Source of the DNA: the human T2T-CHM13v2.0 reference genome, Homo sapiens
Length of the DNA stretch: 64,000 nt
Direction: 5' to 3' (one strand)
NCBI RefSeq assembly: GCF_009914755.1
Contig: NC_060929.1
The translations under genes and the position numbers were made by a program. Below, one piece after another: positions 23,801 to 42,771 of this stretch. A model generated the notes under the pieces. The model made no database searches, was not told the origin of the DNA, and worked only from the letters and a program-made list of their open reading frames with translations. How positions within the stretch are numbered: position 1 is the first letter of the stretch; each line of letters opens with the position of its first letter.

Positions 23801-26800
23801 TCCCTCTCCCTCTCCCTCTCCCTCTCCCTCTCATGCGGAGCCAAAGCTGGACTGTACTGCTGCCATCTCGGCTCACTGCAACCTCCCTGCCTGATTCTCC
23901 TGCCTCAGCCTGCCGACTGCCTGCGATTGCAGGCACGCGCCACCACGCCTGACTGGTTTTGGTGGAGACGGGGTTTCGCTGTGTTGGCCGGGCCGGTCTC
24001 CAGCCCCTAACCACGAGTGATCTGCCAACCTCGGCCTCCCGAGGTGCCGGGATTGCAGATGGAGTCTCGTTCACTCAGTGCTCAATGGTGCCCAGGCTGG
24101 AGTGCAGTGGCGTGATCTCGGCTCACTACAACCTACACCTCCCAGCCGCCTGCCTTGGCCTCCCAAAGTGCCGAGATTGCAGCCTCTGCCCGGCCGCCAC
24201 CCCGTCTGGGAAGTGAGGAGTGTCTCTGCCTGGCCGCCCATCGTCTGGGATGTGAGGAGCCCCTCTGCCTGGCTGCCCAGTCTGGAAAGTGAGGAGCGTC
24301 TCCGCCCGGCCGCCATCCCATCTAGGAAGTGAGGAGCGCCTCTTCCCAGCCGCCATCCATCTAGGAAGTGAGGAGCGTCTCTGCCCGGCTGCCCATTGTC
24401 TGAGATGTGGGGAGCGCCTCTGCCCCGCCGCCCCATCTGGGATGTGAGGAGCGCCTCTGCCTGGCCGAGACCCCGTCTGGGAGGTGACGAGCGTCTCTGC
24501 CCAGCCGCCCCGTCTGAGAAGTGAGGAGACCCTCTGCCTGACAACCACCCCGTCTGAGAAGTGAGGAGCCCCTCCGCCCGGCAGCTGCCCCGTCTGAGAA
24601 GTGAGGAGCCTCTCCGCCCGGCAGCCACCCCATCTGGGAAGTGAGGAGCGTTTCCGCCCGGCAGCCACCCCGTCCGGGAGGGAGGTGGGGGGTCAGCCCC
24701 GACGCCTGGCCAGCCGTGCCATCCAGGAGCGGGGGGGGGGGGGTCAGCCCCCCGCCTGGCCAGCCGTGCCGTCCGGGAGGGAGGTGGGGGGGTCAGCCCC
24801 CCGCCCGGCCAGCCGCCCCGTCCGGGAGGTGAGGGGCGCCTCTGCCCGGCCGCCCCTACTGGGAAGTGAGGAGCCCCTCAGCCCGGCCAGCCACCCCGTC
24901 CGGGAGGGAGGTGGGGGGGTCAGCCCCCCGCCTGGCCAGCCGCCCCGTCCGGGAGGGAGGTGGGGGGGTCAGCCCTCCGCCCGGCCAACCCCCCCGTCTG
25001 GGAGGTGAGGGGCGCCTCTGCCCGGCCGCCCCTACTGGGAAGTGAGGAGCCCCTCTGCCCGGCCAGCCGCCCCGTCCGGGAGGGAGGTGGGGTCAGCCCC
25101 CCGCCCGGCCAGCCGCCCCGTCCGGGAGGGAGGTGGGGGGGTCAGCCCCCCGCCCGGCCAGCCGCCCCGTCCGGGAGGGAGGTGGGGGGGGGTCAGCCCC
25201 CCCGCCCGGCCAGCCGCCCCGTCCGGGAGGTGAGGGGCGCCTCTGCCCGGCCGCCCCTACTGGGAAGTGAGGAGCCCCTCTGCCCGGCAGCTGCCCGGTC
25301 TGAGAAGTGAGGAGCCTCTCCGCCCGGCAGCCACCCCATCTGGGAAGTGAGGAGCGTCTCCGCCCGGCAGCCACCCCGTCCGGGAGGGAGATGGGGGGTC
25401 AGCCCCGACGCCCGGCCAGCCGTGCCATCCGGGGGGGGGGGGGTCAGCCCCCCGCCTGGCCAGCCGTGCCGTCCGGGAGGGAGGTGGGGGGGTCAGCCCC
25501 CCGCCCGGCCAGCCGCCCCGTCTGGGAGGTGAGGGGCGCCTCTGCCCGGCCGCCCCTACTGGGAAGTGAGGAGCCCCTCAGCCCGGCCAGCCACCCCGTC
25601 TGGGAGGGAGGTGGGGGGGTCAGCCCCCCGCCTGGCCAGCCGCCCCGTCCGGGAGGGAGGTGGGGGGGTCAGCCCTCCGCCCGGCCAACCCCCCCGTCTG
25701 GGAGGTGAGGGGCGCCTCTGCCCGGCTGCCCCTACTGGGAAGTGAGGAGCCCCTCTGCCCGGCCAGCCGCCCCGTCCGGGAGGGAGGTGGGGGGGTCAGC
25801 CCCCCGCCCGGCCAGCCGCCCCGTCCGGGAGGGAGGTGGGGGGGTCAGCCCCCCACCCGGCCAGCCGCCCCGTCCGGGAGGGAGGTGGGGGGGTCAGCCC
25901 CCCGCCCGGCCAGCCGCCCCGTCCGGGAGGGAGGTGGGGGGGGTCAGCCCCCCTGCCCGGCCAGCCGCCCCGTCCGGGAGGTGAGGGGCGCTTCTGCCCG
26001 GCCGCCCCTACTGGGAAGTGAGGAGCCCCTCTGCCCGGCCAGCCGCCCCATCCGGGAGGGAGGTGGGGGGGTCAGCCCCCCGCCCGGCCAGCCGCCCCGT
26101 CCGGGAGGGAGGTGGGGGGGGGTCAGCCCCCCCGCCCGGCCAGCCGCTCCGTCCGGGAGGTGAGGGGCGCCTCTGCCCGGCCGCCCCTACTGGGAAGTGA
26201 GGAGCCCCTCTGCCCGGCCAGCCGCCCCGTCCGGGAGGGAGGTGGGGGCATCAGCCCCCTGCCCGGCCAGCCGCCCCGTCCGGGAGGGAGGTGGGGGGGG
26301 TCAGCCCCCCCGCCCGGCCAGCCGCCCCGTCCGGGAGGTGAGGGGCGCCTCTGCCCGGCCGCCCCTACTGGGAAGTGAGGAGCCCCTCTGCCCGGCCAGC
26401 CGCCCCGTCCGGGAGGGAGGTGGGGGGGTCAGCCCCCCGTCCGGCCAGCCGCCCCATCCGGGAGGTGAGGGGCACCTCTGCCCAGCCGCCCCTACTGGGA
26501 AGTGAGGAGCCCCTCTGCCCCCTCCTCTCCCTTTCTCCTTCTCTCTCTCCCTCTGTTCTGGGCCACCCAGAGCTAGGGGGGTGGAGATACAAGCACCAAT
26601 ATGGCCATCACCACTGAGAATGTACTGGGTCAGACATGAAGCTGGCACCACACTGGGTCTCGCCATGGCCCACTGTAACCATGATCTGGCTGCCTATGTT
26701 CCCTCAATGCCCTGTTGTGAAGCCAGCCAGGCTAGCTTCAAGCCAGTGAGTTCCCCCAGGCTGCAGGTGTGCCCAACAGCTCATTGAGAACGGGCCAGGA

Positions 26801-27296
26801 TGACAATGGCGGCTTTGTGGAATAGAAAGGCGGGAAAGGTGGGGAAAAGATTGAGAAATCGGATGGTTGCCGTGTCTGTGTAGAAAGAAGTAGACATGGG
26901 AGAGTTTTCATTTTGTTCTGCACTAAGAAAAATTCCTCTGCCTTGGGATCCTGTTGATCTGTGACCTTACCCCCAACCCTGTGCTCTCTGAAACATGTGC
27001 TGTGTCCACTCAGGGTTAAAAGGATTAAGGGCGGTGCAAGATGTGCTTTGTTAAACAGATGCTTGAAGGCAGCATGCTCGTTAAGAGTCATCACCAATCC
27101 CTAATCTCAAGTAATCAGGGACACAAACACTGCGGAGGCCGCAGGGTCCTCTGCCTAGGAAAACCAGAGACCTTTGTTCACTTGTTTATCTGCTGACCTT
27201 CCCTCCACTGTTGTCCCATGACCCTGCCAAATCCCCCTCTGTGAGAAACACCCAAGAATTATCAATAAAAAAATAAATTAAAAAAAAAATAATAAT
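23801..27296 (+). mobile_element. SVA retrotransposon (SVA_F-like): CCCTCT hexamers, Alu-like region, ~2.3-kb VNTR, foreign insert 26521-26764, SINE-R, AATAAA 27264-27269, poly-A
   Basis: TSD aaagaactccagc at 23788-23800 and 27297-27309. Variants gggccaggatgacaatggcggctttg and caccaatccctaatctcaagtaatcaggg match my recollection of SVA_F. Confidence 0.95.
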
Positions 27297-27688
27297 AAAG
27301 AACTCCAGCAACTCAACAACAAATGAATAACCCAATTTAAAAATGGGCAGAGGACTTATATAGACATTTCTCCAAAGATGATATGGAAATGGCCAACAAA
27401 CTTCTGAAAAGATACTCAATATAACTAGTTATTAGAGGTATGCAAATCAAAACCACAATGCAATGTCACCTCATACCAATTAGAATGGCCACTATTTTTT
27501 AAAAAAACAAAAAATAAGTGTGGGCAAGAATTTGGAGAAATTAGAACCTTTGTGCACTCTTGGGATTGTAAAGTGGTGCAACTGCTATGGAAAACAGTGA
27601 GGGAGTGTGAAATGGGAAGTTGTTCAATGGATATAGAGTTTCAGTTTTGCAAGATTAAAAGTTCTGGGGCTCTTTTACAGGACTGTGA

Positions 27689-28059
<371 letters not shown>

Positions 28060-28084
28060 TTTATCACAATTTTTAAACTTTTGT

Positions 28085-31000
28085 TAAAAGAAAACAGACA
28101 ATAATAAACATTGCCAAGAATGTGGAGAACATAAGTCTCATAAATTGCTGATGAGAATATAAATAGTACAGGCACTCTGGAAAATGGTTTGACAGTTTCT
28201 TTAAAAGTTGAACATAAATTTATTTGCCCTATCTATTCCAATTCTAGATATAGACCCAACAAAAATGAAAACCTGTCAGCCAAAGACATACATTCAAATG
28301 TTCAAAGCAGTGTTATACATAATAGCCAAAATGTGGAAATAACCCAAATGTCCATCAGCTGGTGAATGGATGAACAAAATGAAATACTATTTAGTAATTA
28401 AAAGCAATGAGCTGGGCCAAGATGGCAGTGCAGGTGGTGCAGGCGGTGCAGGCAGTTCATCTAGAGTCTGACACTTTCCTTGTTTGTCTCAACCATGCTC
28501 TGAGCACAGAGAAGGAGGAAGTGATGGGGCTGTGGATAGGGGAGTTGAACAATGATACAAGGAGTGACTCCAAATTTGCATATACTGGAACTGAAATGCG
28601 CACAGTTGCTGAAAAGGTTGATGCCATCAGAATTGTTCACATTCGTTCTGTCATCATCTTAACGACGTTCTGATAAGAGGAAGGACCAAGTAGAAATTTC
28701 ACCAGGGCAGCTGTCTGCAGCTTCAACAGAGGCAGAGAAGTTGGCTGAACTGACAGGCCACCCCATGAGAGTTGTGGGCTGGTATCATTCCCATCCTCAT
28801 ATAACTGTTTGGCCTTCACATGTTGATGTTCGCACCCAAGCCATGTACCAGATGATGGATCAAGGCTTTGTAGGACTTATTTTTTCCTGTTTCATAGAAG
28901 ATAAGAACACAAGGGCTGGCCGGGTACTCTACACTTGCTTCCAATCCATACAGGCCCAAAAGAGTTCAGAGTCCCTTCATGGTCCACAAGACTTCTGGAG
29001 CTCCAGCCAGCACATCTCCATTGAGGGCCAGAAGGAAGAGGAAAGGTATGAGAGAATCGAAATCCCAATCCATATTGTACCTCATGTCACTATCGGGAAA
29101 GCGTGCCTTGAATCAGCAGTAGAGCTGCCCAAGATCCTGTGCCAGGAGGAGCAGGATGCATATTGGAGGATCCACAGCCTTACACATCTGGACTCATAAC
29201 CAAGATCCATAATGGCTCAGTGTTTACCAAGAATCTGTGCAGTCAGATGTCAGCAGTCAGCGGGCCTCTTCTACAGTGGTTGGAGGACAGACTGGAGCAA
29301 AACCAATAGCATTTGCAGGAATTGCAACAAGAAAAGGAAGAGCTTATGCAAGAACTTTCTTCTCTGGAATAAAGCAGGAGACAAAATGGAGAAAGATGAA
29401 AATATCCAGTGTAAAGTTACTTAAGCTAAATCAATTTTGAAGAAGAAAAACTTGGAGGACTCACATTACCTGACTTCAAGACTTACTATAAAGCTGTAGT
29501 AATCAAGATAGATGGTATTGGCAGAGGAACAGACACATAGATCAATGGAACAGATGAGAGAACCCAGAAATAAACCCATATAAATATGCTCAACTGATTT
29601 TGAAAAAGTGCAAAAGCAATTCAATGGAGGAAGAATAGCCTTTCTGACAAATTATGCTGGAGCAATTAGACACCCATAGCAAGGAGAAAAAAGAACCTCT
29701 ACTTAAACCTCACATCTTATATAAAATTTAATTCAAAATGTATAATGGACTTAAATGCAATACATAAAACTATACAACTTTGAAAAAAGCCACAGGAGAA
29801 AAATCTTCAGGATCTTGGGCTAGGTGACAAGTTCTTGGACTTTGCCCCAAAAGCATATCCGTAAAAGATAAAAACTGGTATATTGGACTTCTTCAAAATT
29901 TAAAAACTTGTGATTTAAGAAGAGGAAAAGATAAACTACAGATTGAAATGAATTTGCAAACCATATATCTGATCAATTTGGAATATTTAAAGTGTGCTAA
30001 AAACTCAACTGAAGTCAGGCATGGTAGCTCATGCTTGTAATCTCACCACTTTGGGAGGCCAAGATGGGAGGAGTGCTTGAGGTTAGGGGTTCCAGACCAG
30101 CCTGGCAACATAGTGAGACTCTGTCTCTACAAAAAAATTTTTTTAAAAAATTAGCTGGGCACCATGACACACACCAGTAGTCCCAGCTACTAGGGAGGCA
30201 GGAGGATCACTTGAGCCCAGGAGTTTGAGGCTGCGGTGAGCTATGATCACACCACCACACTCCAACCTGTGTAACAGAGTGAGGCCTTGTCTCAAAAAAA
30301 AGGCCACAAAAACTCAACAATAAAAACAAACAGTCCAATTAGAAAATGGGCAAAAGACGTGAATAGATGGTTCACTGAAGAGGATCTATAGATGGCAAGT
30401 AAGCATATGAAAAGCTGTTAAACTCCATAAGTCATCAGGGAATGCAAATTGAAACCACAGTGAGGCTATGACTTACTTATCTGAATGGCTAAAGAAAAAA
30501 TAGTAAAAATACCAAATACTAATGAGGATACAAACTGGATATTTTATACATTGCTGACAGGAATGTAAAATGGTACAGCCCCTCTGGAAAAGAGTTTATA
30601 AATTTCTTATCGAGTTAAGCATAATTTTTTAATCAAGTTAAACATAAGACCCAGCAGTTGTGCTCCTGGACATTCATTCCAGAGAAATGAAAACCTATAT
30701 TGTACTTGTACCCAAATATTCATAGGAGCTTTATTTGTAATAGCCCCAAACTGGAAACAACCCAGATGTCCTACAACAGGTACGTGGTTAAACAAACCAT
30801 CCATAACTTGGAATACTGCTCTGGAATGAAAAGGAACTAACTGTTGGTTACAAGAACTTGGTTGTACCTCAGGGGTATTATGGTGAACAAAAAAAGCCAG
30901 TCTCAAATGGTCACATAATGTATGATTGCATTTATATAACATTCTTGAGGTGACAAAATTATTGAAATGAAGAACAGATTAATGGTTGCCAGGGATAGGG

Positions 31001-31592
31001 ACTGGAGGAGGTGTGGGGTATGTATGACTATAAAGGGATGACGCAAGGAGTTCCTTTGTGCTGATGGAACAGTTCTATATGATTATGATGATTATGATGT
31101 TGATTATAACATTTGATTATGAGGTTAAGCACATGAGTCTTTACCTGTGCTGAAGTTGTATGGACCTACATACACACAAATGAATGCATGTAAAATCTGG
31201 TGATAATGAATAAAGTCTGTAGTCTAGATAGCAAAAAATAAAAATAAAAAATAAAAAAGCAATGAGCTATTGATGCATACCATTAATATGGGCAGACGTT
31301 AAAAAAAATAAGCTAAGTGAAAGAAACCACACACAAAACATTACATATTATATGATTCTATTTCTAAGAAATGTTTAGAAAAGGCAGATCTAGAGAGACA
31401 GAAAGCAGATGAGTGGTTGCCTTGGCCTAATGATTGGAAAGGGAACTGTAAGTGCCCATGAGGGATCTTGTGGGGTAATGGAAATGTTCTAAAAAGTAGA
31501 TTATGGTAATGTTTGCACAACTCAGTAGGTTTACTACAAATCATTGAATTGTACTTTTAAAATGGCTGAATTTTATGGTATGCTAATAAAGT
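28085..31592 (+). mobile_element. Old L1 (L1MC/ME-like) 3' fragment interrupted by the BRCC3 retrocopy
   Basis: L1 3'-end-like sequence at 28085-28413 resumes after the TSD at 31269 and ends near aataaagttg at about 31590. Confidence 0.65.
28414..31254 (+). pseudogene. BRCC3P1: BRCC3 (BRCC36 JAMM deubiquitinase) processed pseudogene; disabled CDS 28422-29372 plus full 3'UTR and poly-A
   Basis: Intronless MAVQVVQAVQAVHLESD...GWYHSHPHITVWPSHVD...ELSSLE*. Frameshifts near 28661 and 29197, premature TAG 29307-29309, AATAAA 31209-31214, A-tail, and 14-bp TSD aaaagcaatgagct at 28400-28413 and 31255-31268. Confidence 0.95.
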
Positions 31593-31594
31593 TG

Positions 31595-32917
<1,323 letters not shown>

Positions 32918-33992
32918 CTAGCACAGGTACATGATTTTTTAAAAAAGCATTTGCATCAGTTATCAAGGATTAGAGAAAAATAAACACCTTTGGAAGACAA
33001 AGATATTGTCACCTCCTCCCAAAAAAGAAAGAAATGATATGTATTCAGAATGGTCACTTAGTTTCCTACTGACTGAATCATATCCTGGTCCATTAGTTTA
33101 TGTTCTGAGAAAATATACCTATTCTCTGGAGTTCGGAGGTTTCCACATAGTCCAGAAATAGTTTGGTACCTTCTGGTTCTTTAAAGTTTGAAGCCTAAGC
33201 TCCCAGCACTTGTCTGGTAGTAAAGGGAAACCAACAAATTGTGCATGCTTGCCTACTATGTGACAGGTACTTAACACTGTCTTTGGTAAGGTTAGAATTA
33301 TCCCCGTGTAAACTAGAAGGACAGTAAGTCCTAGAGGGCTTAAATAAAGGACAGAGCTAGGTCTAAAACAAACAGCAACAAAAACTGAATGCTGCGTGCC
33401 TCCAAAGCCCATGCTCTTTAACTGTTTGTCAGTTAGGATCATTTCACCTGTAACAGAATACCCAACTCAGGCTTGGCCCAACAGTCAAGTTGAGCCAAGC
33501 CAACAGACTTGGCTCAATCAGCTCGCATGACTGGAAGTTCATCAGTAGAGTGGACATCATGGCGGTTTGATCTAGCAGCACAGGAGTCATTAAAGAACCA
33601 GTTTCTCTTTCTCTGTTTTGCCATCTGTAGTTTTGGGTATATCCTGAGGTTGATAGGTTCAGTGAGAGGGAGAGATTGACTTCCCATGGCTGCCTCTTAA
33701 ATCAAATGATCTACAATCCTAGAGATTCCAGTAGATATCTGATTGCAGCTTAGGTGTTAGAAAATTATAATTATCTGCAGATGCCTAGATCCTTTGAACA
33801 AGTAATAATACTTAAAAAATGGTTTCTGAAACCTTATAAGGTATGATTTTTTTCAGCAGTCACCCTATTTGTCCTCTCTCATAATGACCCAGACTACCTG
33901 CCCTCTCCTAGGAGCCTCTCTTTTAAGCACAGGCATACTTGTTGATGCATGGCCTTCTCTTGGGCTTAGTATTTATGAGAGCCCAATGTTGA

Positions 33993-34202
<210 letters not shown>

Positions 34203-34321
34203 TAAGCAGCCACCTGAGCCCTCGGATGAGAAGAGGTAAGGGATTATAGGTGGGCAGCTGCTGAAGGCCAGAATATCAGCCAGGTGAGGTTTTCTAGTCA
34301 GTAGATAGTGTAATAGGGCTA

Positions 34322-34630
<309 letters not shown>

Positions 34631-35096
34631 TTAATTAATTTTTAAAAATAAAACTATAGCTAATCATAAACCCCTCCTGATAATCATAAAAGAAACCAAC
34701 AATGTGGCAGGCACCACATAGCTTGAATGAGTTTTCTGTCAAGACCAACAGACTTCCTTTGGTCTATTTCAATATTGTCCAAACAACCTTGTGAAATCTA
34801 GGGGAAAGCCTTATATAAAACTTTTCAGTTTTTATTAACCTACATTTATTCCTATCCCCCGATGAACCTCAATATAAATCTCATTTGTCACTACTAGTTT
34901 CTGGAAAGTAATATCTATAACAATAGGTCATGTAGCTGACAGTAAGGTACATTAGATAGTAAGCATGTGTTCTTTTTTGCAGAATCAGAGTCAGAGTTTC
35001 TGGAAGCATGGAACTACTATATGCTTATACCAAGCGGGGGAAAATATGATCTTTAGGGTAGGGGATTGTGGGCTTGAATTTTCCTTTTGGAACTAC

Positions 35097-35878
35097 AGAT
35101 GGCCCTGACTCATGATGGTTTGGCTTAGGATTTTTTGACTTTACATTGGTACAGAACTGATAACCATTCAGTAGAAACTATACCTCAAGTACCCAACAAA
35201 CATTCTGTTTTTCATTTTCAGTATAGTATTCAATAAATTAGATAAACTGTTCAACACTTTATTATAAAATAGGCTTTTGTGTTGCATGATTTTGCCCAAC
35301 TGTAAGCTGTCAGTGTTCTGAGCACATTTAAGGTAGACTAGGCTAAGCTACAATGTTCGGTAGATTGGGTGCATTAAATGTGTTTTCAACTTAAAATATT
35401 TTCAACTTACAGTGGTGTCTTAGTCCCTTTGTTTTGCCATAAAGGAATGCCTGAGGGTGGGTAATTTATAAAGAAAAGAGGTTTATTGGCTTACAATTCT
35501 ACAAGTTGTACAAGAAGCGTGGCTCCAGCATCTGTTTCTGGTGAGGGCATCAGGAAGCTTCTACTCATGACAGAAGGTGAAGGAGAGCTGGAGTATCACC
35601 TGGCAAGGGAGGAAGGAAGACAGGGGGCGGGGCTATGGTGCCAACCTCTGTCAAACAGTCGGCTCTCGAGTGAACTAATAGAGTGAGAACTCACTCGTTA
35701 CCATGAGGACAGCACCAAGACAGTTATGAAGGATCTGCCTCCATGACCCAAACATCTTCCACTAAGCCCATCTCCAACACTGGAGATCACACCAACAGGA
35801 GATTTGGAGAGGTCAAATATCAAAGCTGTATCAGATGGGTTTATCCAGATGTAACCCCATCATAGGTTGAGCATCCGA
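35097..35878 (-). mobile_element. MER47A-like (Tigger family) element split by an MST LTR
   Basis: cagatggccctgact...ttttcaacttac continues after the LTR as gatgggtttatc...aaccccatcat...gagcatc. Confidence 0.7.
35416..35833 (-). mobile_element. MST (MSTB-like) MaLR solo LTR
   Basis: tgtcttagtcc...gggtaatttataaagaaaagaggtttattggct...tatca termini; about 420 bp. Confidence 0.85.
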
Positions 35879-36151
35879 ACATCCCTTGCTTTTTTGGAAA
35901 TGGCTCTTACTAGAAGGGTGTACCAGCGTCTCTTTGTTCAGAGCAGCATTGAAACTCTTCCACATTTACGCTCTCATATGTTCTGACATATTTGTTGAAA
36001 GTAGTATACACAGGTCAACATGGGGCAATGACTACGATAAATCCTCTAATAACAAGGAGGACGTTTCGTTATGTTTTGGGCATTGTTCAGTTTTCCCACC
36101 CCCTTAGTTTACATGCCCATATTTATTTCCCTATATGTGATATTTTTTCTA

Positions 36152-36736
<585 letters not shown>

Positions 36737-36803
36737 TTAAGGCTGGGCGTGGTGGCTCACACCTGTAATCCTAACACTTTGGGAGGCCAAGGTGGGCAGA
36801 TCA

Positions 36804-37176
<373 letters not shown>

Positions 37177-37182
37177 CTACTA

Positions 37183-37335
<153 letters not shown>

Positions 37336-38172
37336 CTATCTCAAAAACAACAACAACAAAGATAGGCATTTTTGAGGGGTGTTTGTGACCTCTAAATCTA
37401 GGCCAGGTCCTCTGTTTTGTGCTTACTCAATGAAAAAAATCATTTGTTTCAGTTGGCAGGAAAATGAGCTATCTTTGATTCATTAAGAAATGGATATTAG
37501 ACTGAGTTGGTGATTACAAGGATGTATGCATATATTTATCTAAATTCATCAAACAAAACTTTGACAATTTATTGTATGTAAATTATACCTCAAAGAGGTA
37601 TTTTTAAAAAGAGAGAGACATGATCATTCTCCATATGAACCCTTCTTAAGGGATTTTCTTTTCTTTCTTTCATTTTGAACTATGCATACAAAGAGTAGAC
37701 TAGTTTCTACAAGACTTCAGAAATATACTTGTCTCCAGGTTCCCTCACCTGCATTCCTGTTTCTCTTTAATTGATTTTTTAAATATTTACCCCCATATGG
37801 CAAAATATACCCCCATATGGCAAAATAACATGCTTGCAGTGCTGCTTCTTGATTTTTCATTGTTAGCCATTATCTGTTGACTTCTCACATGAAAAATAAG
37901 GAGTTCGCTCTTTTTCCTCCCCACATTCCCCATCACACACATATTTGCCAGCCTCTATATCATTAATATATTATAATTTTTATATCAGTGTTCAGTGTTT
38001 CTATTACTATGACTATGTGTGCTAGTCAGAATTTTACTAAGTACTAAACCGTGATTGCTTTTCCTTTCATTCATATCTTTTTGTTTTCCCTAAGGTTAAT
38101 AATTATCCTATTTTTAAGTTTCTTGCTTTCCTTGTATGTATCAGAATTCAACCCCAAATTCTCTCCTAGTTG

Positions 38173-38742
38173 TGTTACCGGTGGAGGGTGTCTAGGTTCT
38201 TGGCATCTTGAACAAAGAACTGGACAAAATGTACAAACAAAGCAAGGAAAAATGAAGCAACAAAAGCAGAGATTTGTTGAAAATGAAAGCACACTCCACA
38301 GGGTAGGAGCAGGCCCGAGCAAGCAACTCAAGAGCCTGGTTACAGAATTTTCTGGGGTTTAAATACCTTCTAGAGGTTTCCCATTGTACTTGATGTACAA
38401 CCTATGTAAATGAAGTAGTGGCCCACCATCAGTTCGATTAGTTGTGGGAGGGGACAAATCAGAGGCTGAAGTGAAGTTACAAAGTTATACTCCTATGCAA
38501 ATGAAGACTTGGCCCATGACCAGCCTGATTGGTTGTGGGAGGGGACCAGTCAGAGGTACTTTCAATTTTTCATCTGCCACGCAGAAAAAGCAGGGAGGCG
38601 GGCAAGGTTGCAAAGGGAGAAGCCTCTGGTCCTTTTGTTACTTGGGCATGGAAAATTGGGGTTTTCCTTTTGATTTAGTTCTAGGAATTCAACATGAATT
38701 GGCCTTAGGTTCCCTGCCTCCAGACCCTATTTTCTTGCCTCA
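38173..38742 (-). mobile_element. MER51-like ERV1 solo LTR
   Basis: Reverse complement starts TGAGGCAAGAAAATAGGGTCTGGAGGCAGGGAACCTAAGGCC and ends GGTAACA; 4-bp TSD gttg at 38169-38172 and 38743-38746. Confidence 0.88.
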
Positions 38743-39180
38743 GTTGGTCTCAATATCCCCTCAAGATATTTATTCACACTGGATTGTCCTACTAGTTTCT
38801 TCTCAAAAATCTGAGGTAGAATGTTTTGATCTCCTTCAATCTAGATCACTCGTCCTCTTTTCCAGTCTTCATCATAAATTTGAGAGTCCTCTTTAATGCT
38901 TTTCAAGACTGGATGACTTGTTTGTTTGTCCTGTCTTTTCTCTTTCATGGCTCATACCTTCATTTAAGGAATCCATTCCTAGTAGCTTTCTAAGAAAGGT
39001 GTATAGGAAGTAAAGTTTTTGAGATCTTGTTTGTCTGCGAATGTCTTTATCTTCTCATACATTGATTGATAATTAGACTGAGGATAGATGATTTGCTTAG
39101 AAATAACTTTTCTACAGAACATCAGAGGAAATCTTTCATTGTCTTCTAGCTTCCAGAATTGCTGTTAAGAAATGGTAAGT

Positions 39181-42428
<3,248 letters not shown>

Positions 42429-42501
42429 TAATTATTGAAAATAGCCAGAGGGCCCTTTTGTTGCCTGTAGGGAAATCCAGGGATCTGGGGGCCCAGGTTA
42501 A

Positions 42502-42771
<270 letters not shown>

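Noticed and set aside
24071-26666. Many Pro/Gly/Arg-rich ORFs
   Set aside because: Artefacts of the GC-rich SVA VNTR lacking stop codons.
28407-29440. Functional nested BRCC3 paralog
   Set aside because: Two frameshifts and a premature stop, with processed-pseudogene hallmarks.
37788-37827. 20-bp tandem duplication (similar small ones near 58062, 60345 and 63525)
   Set aside because: Ordinary slippage duplications with no sign of function.
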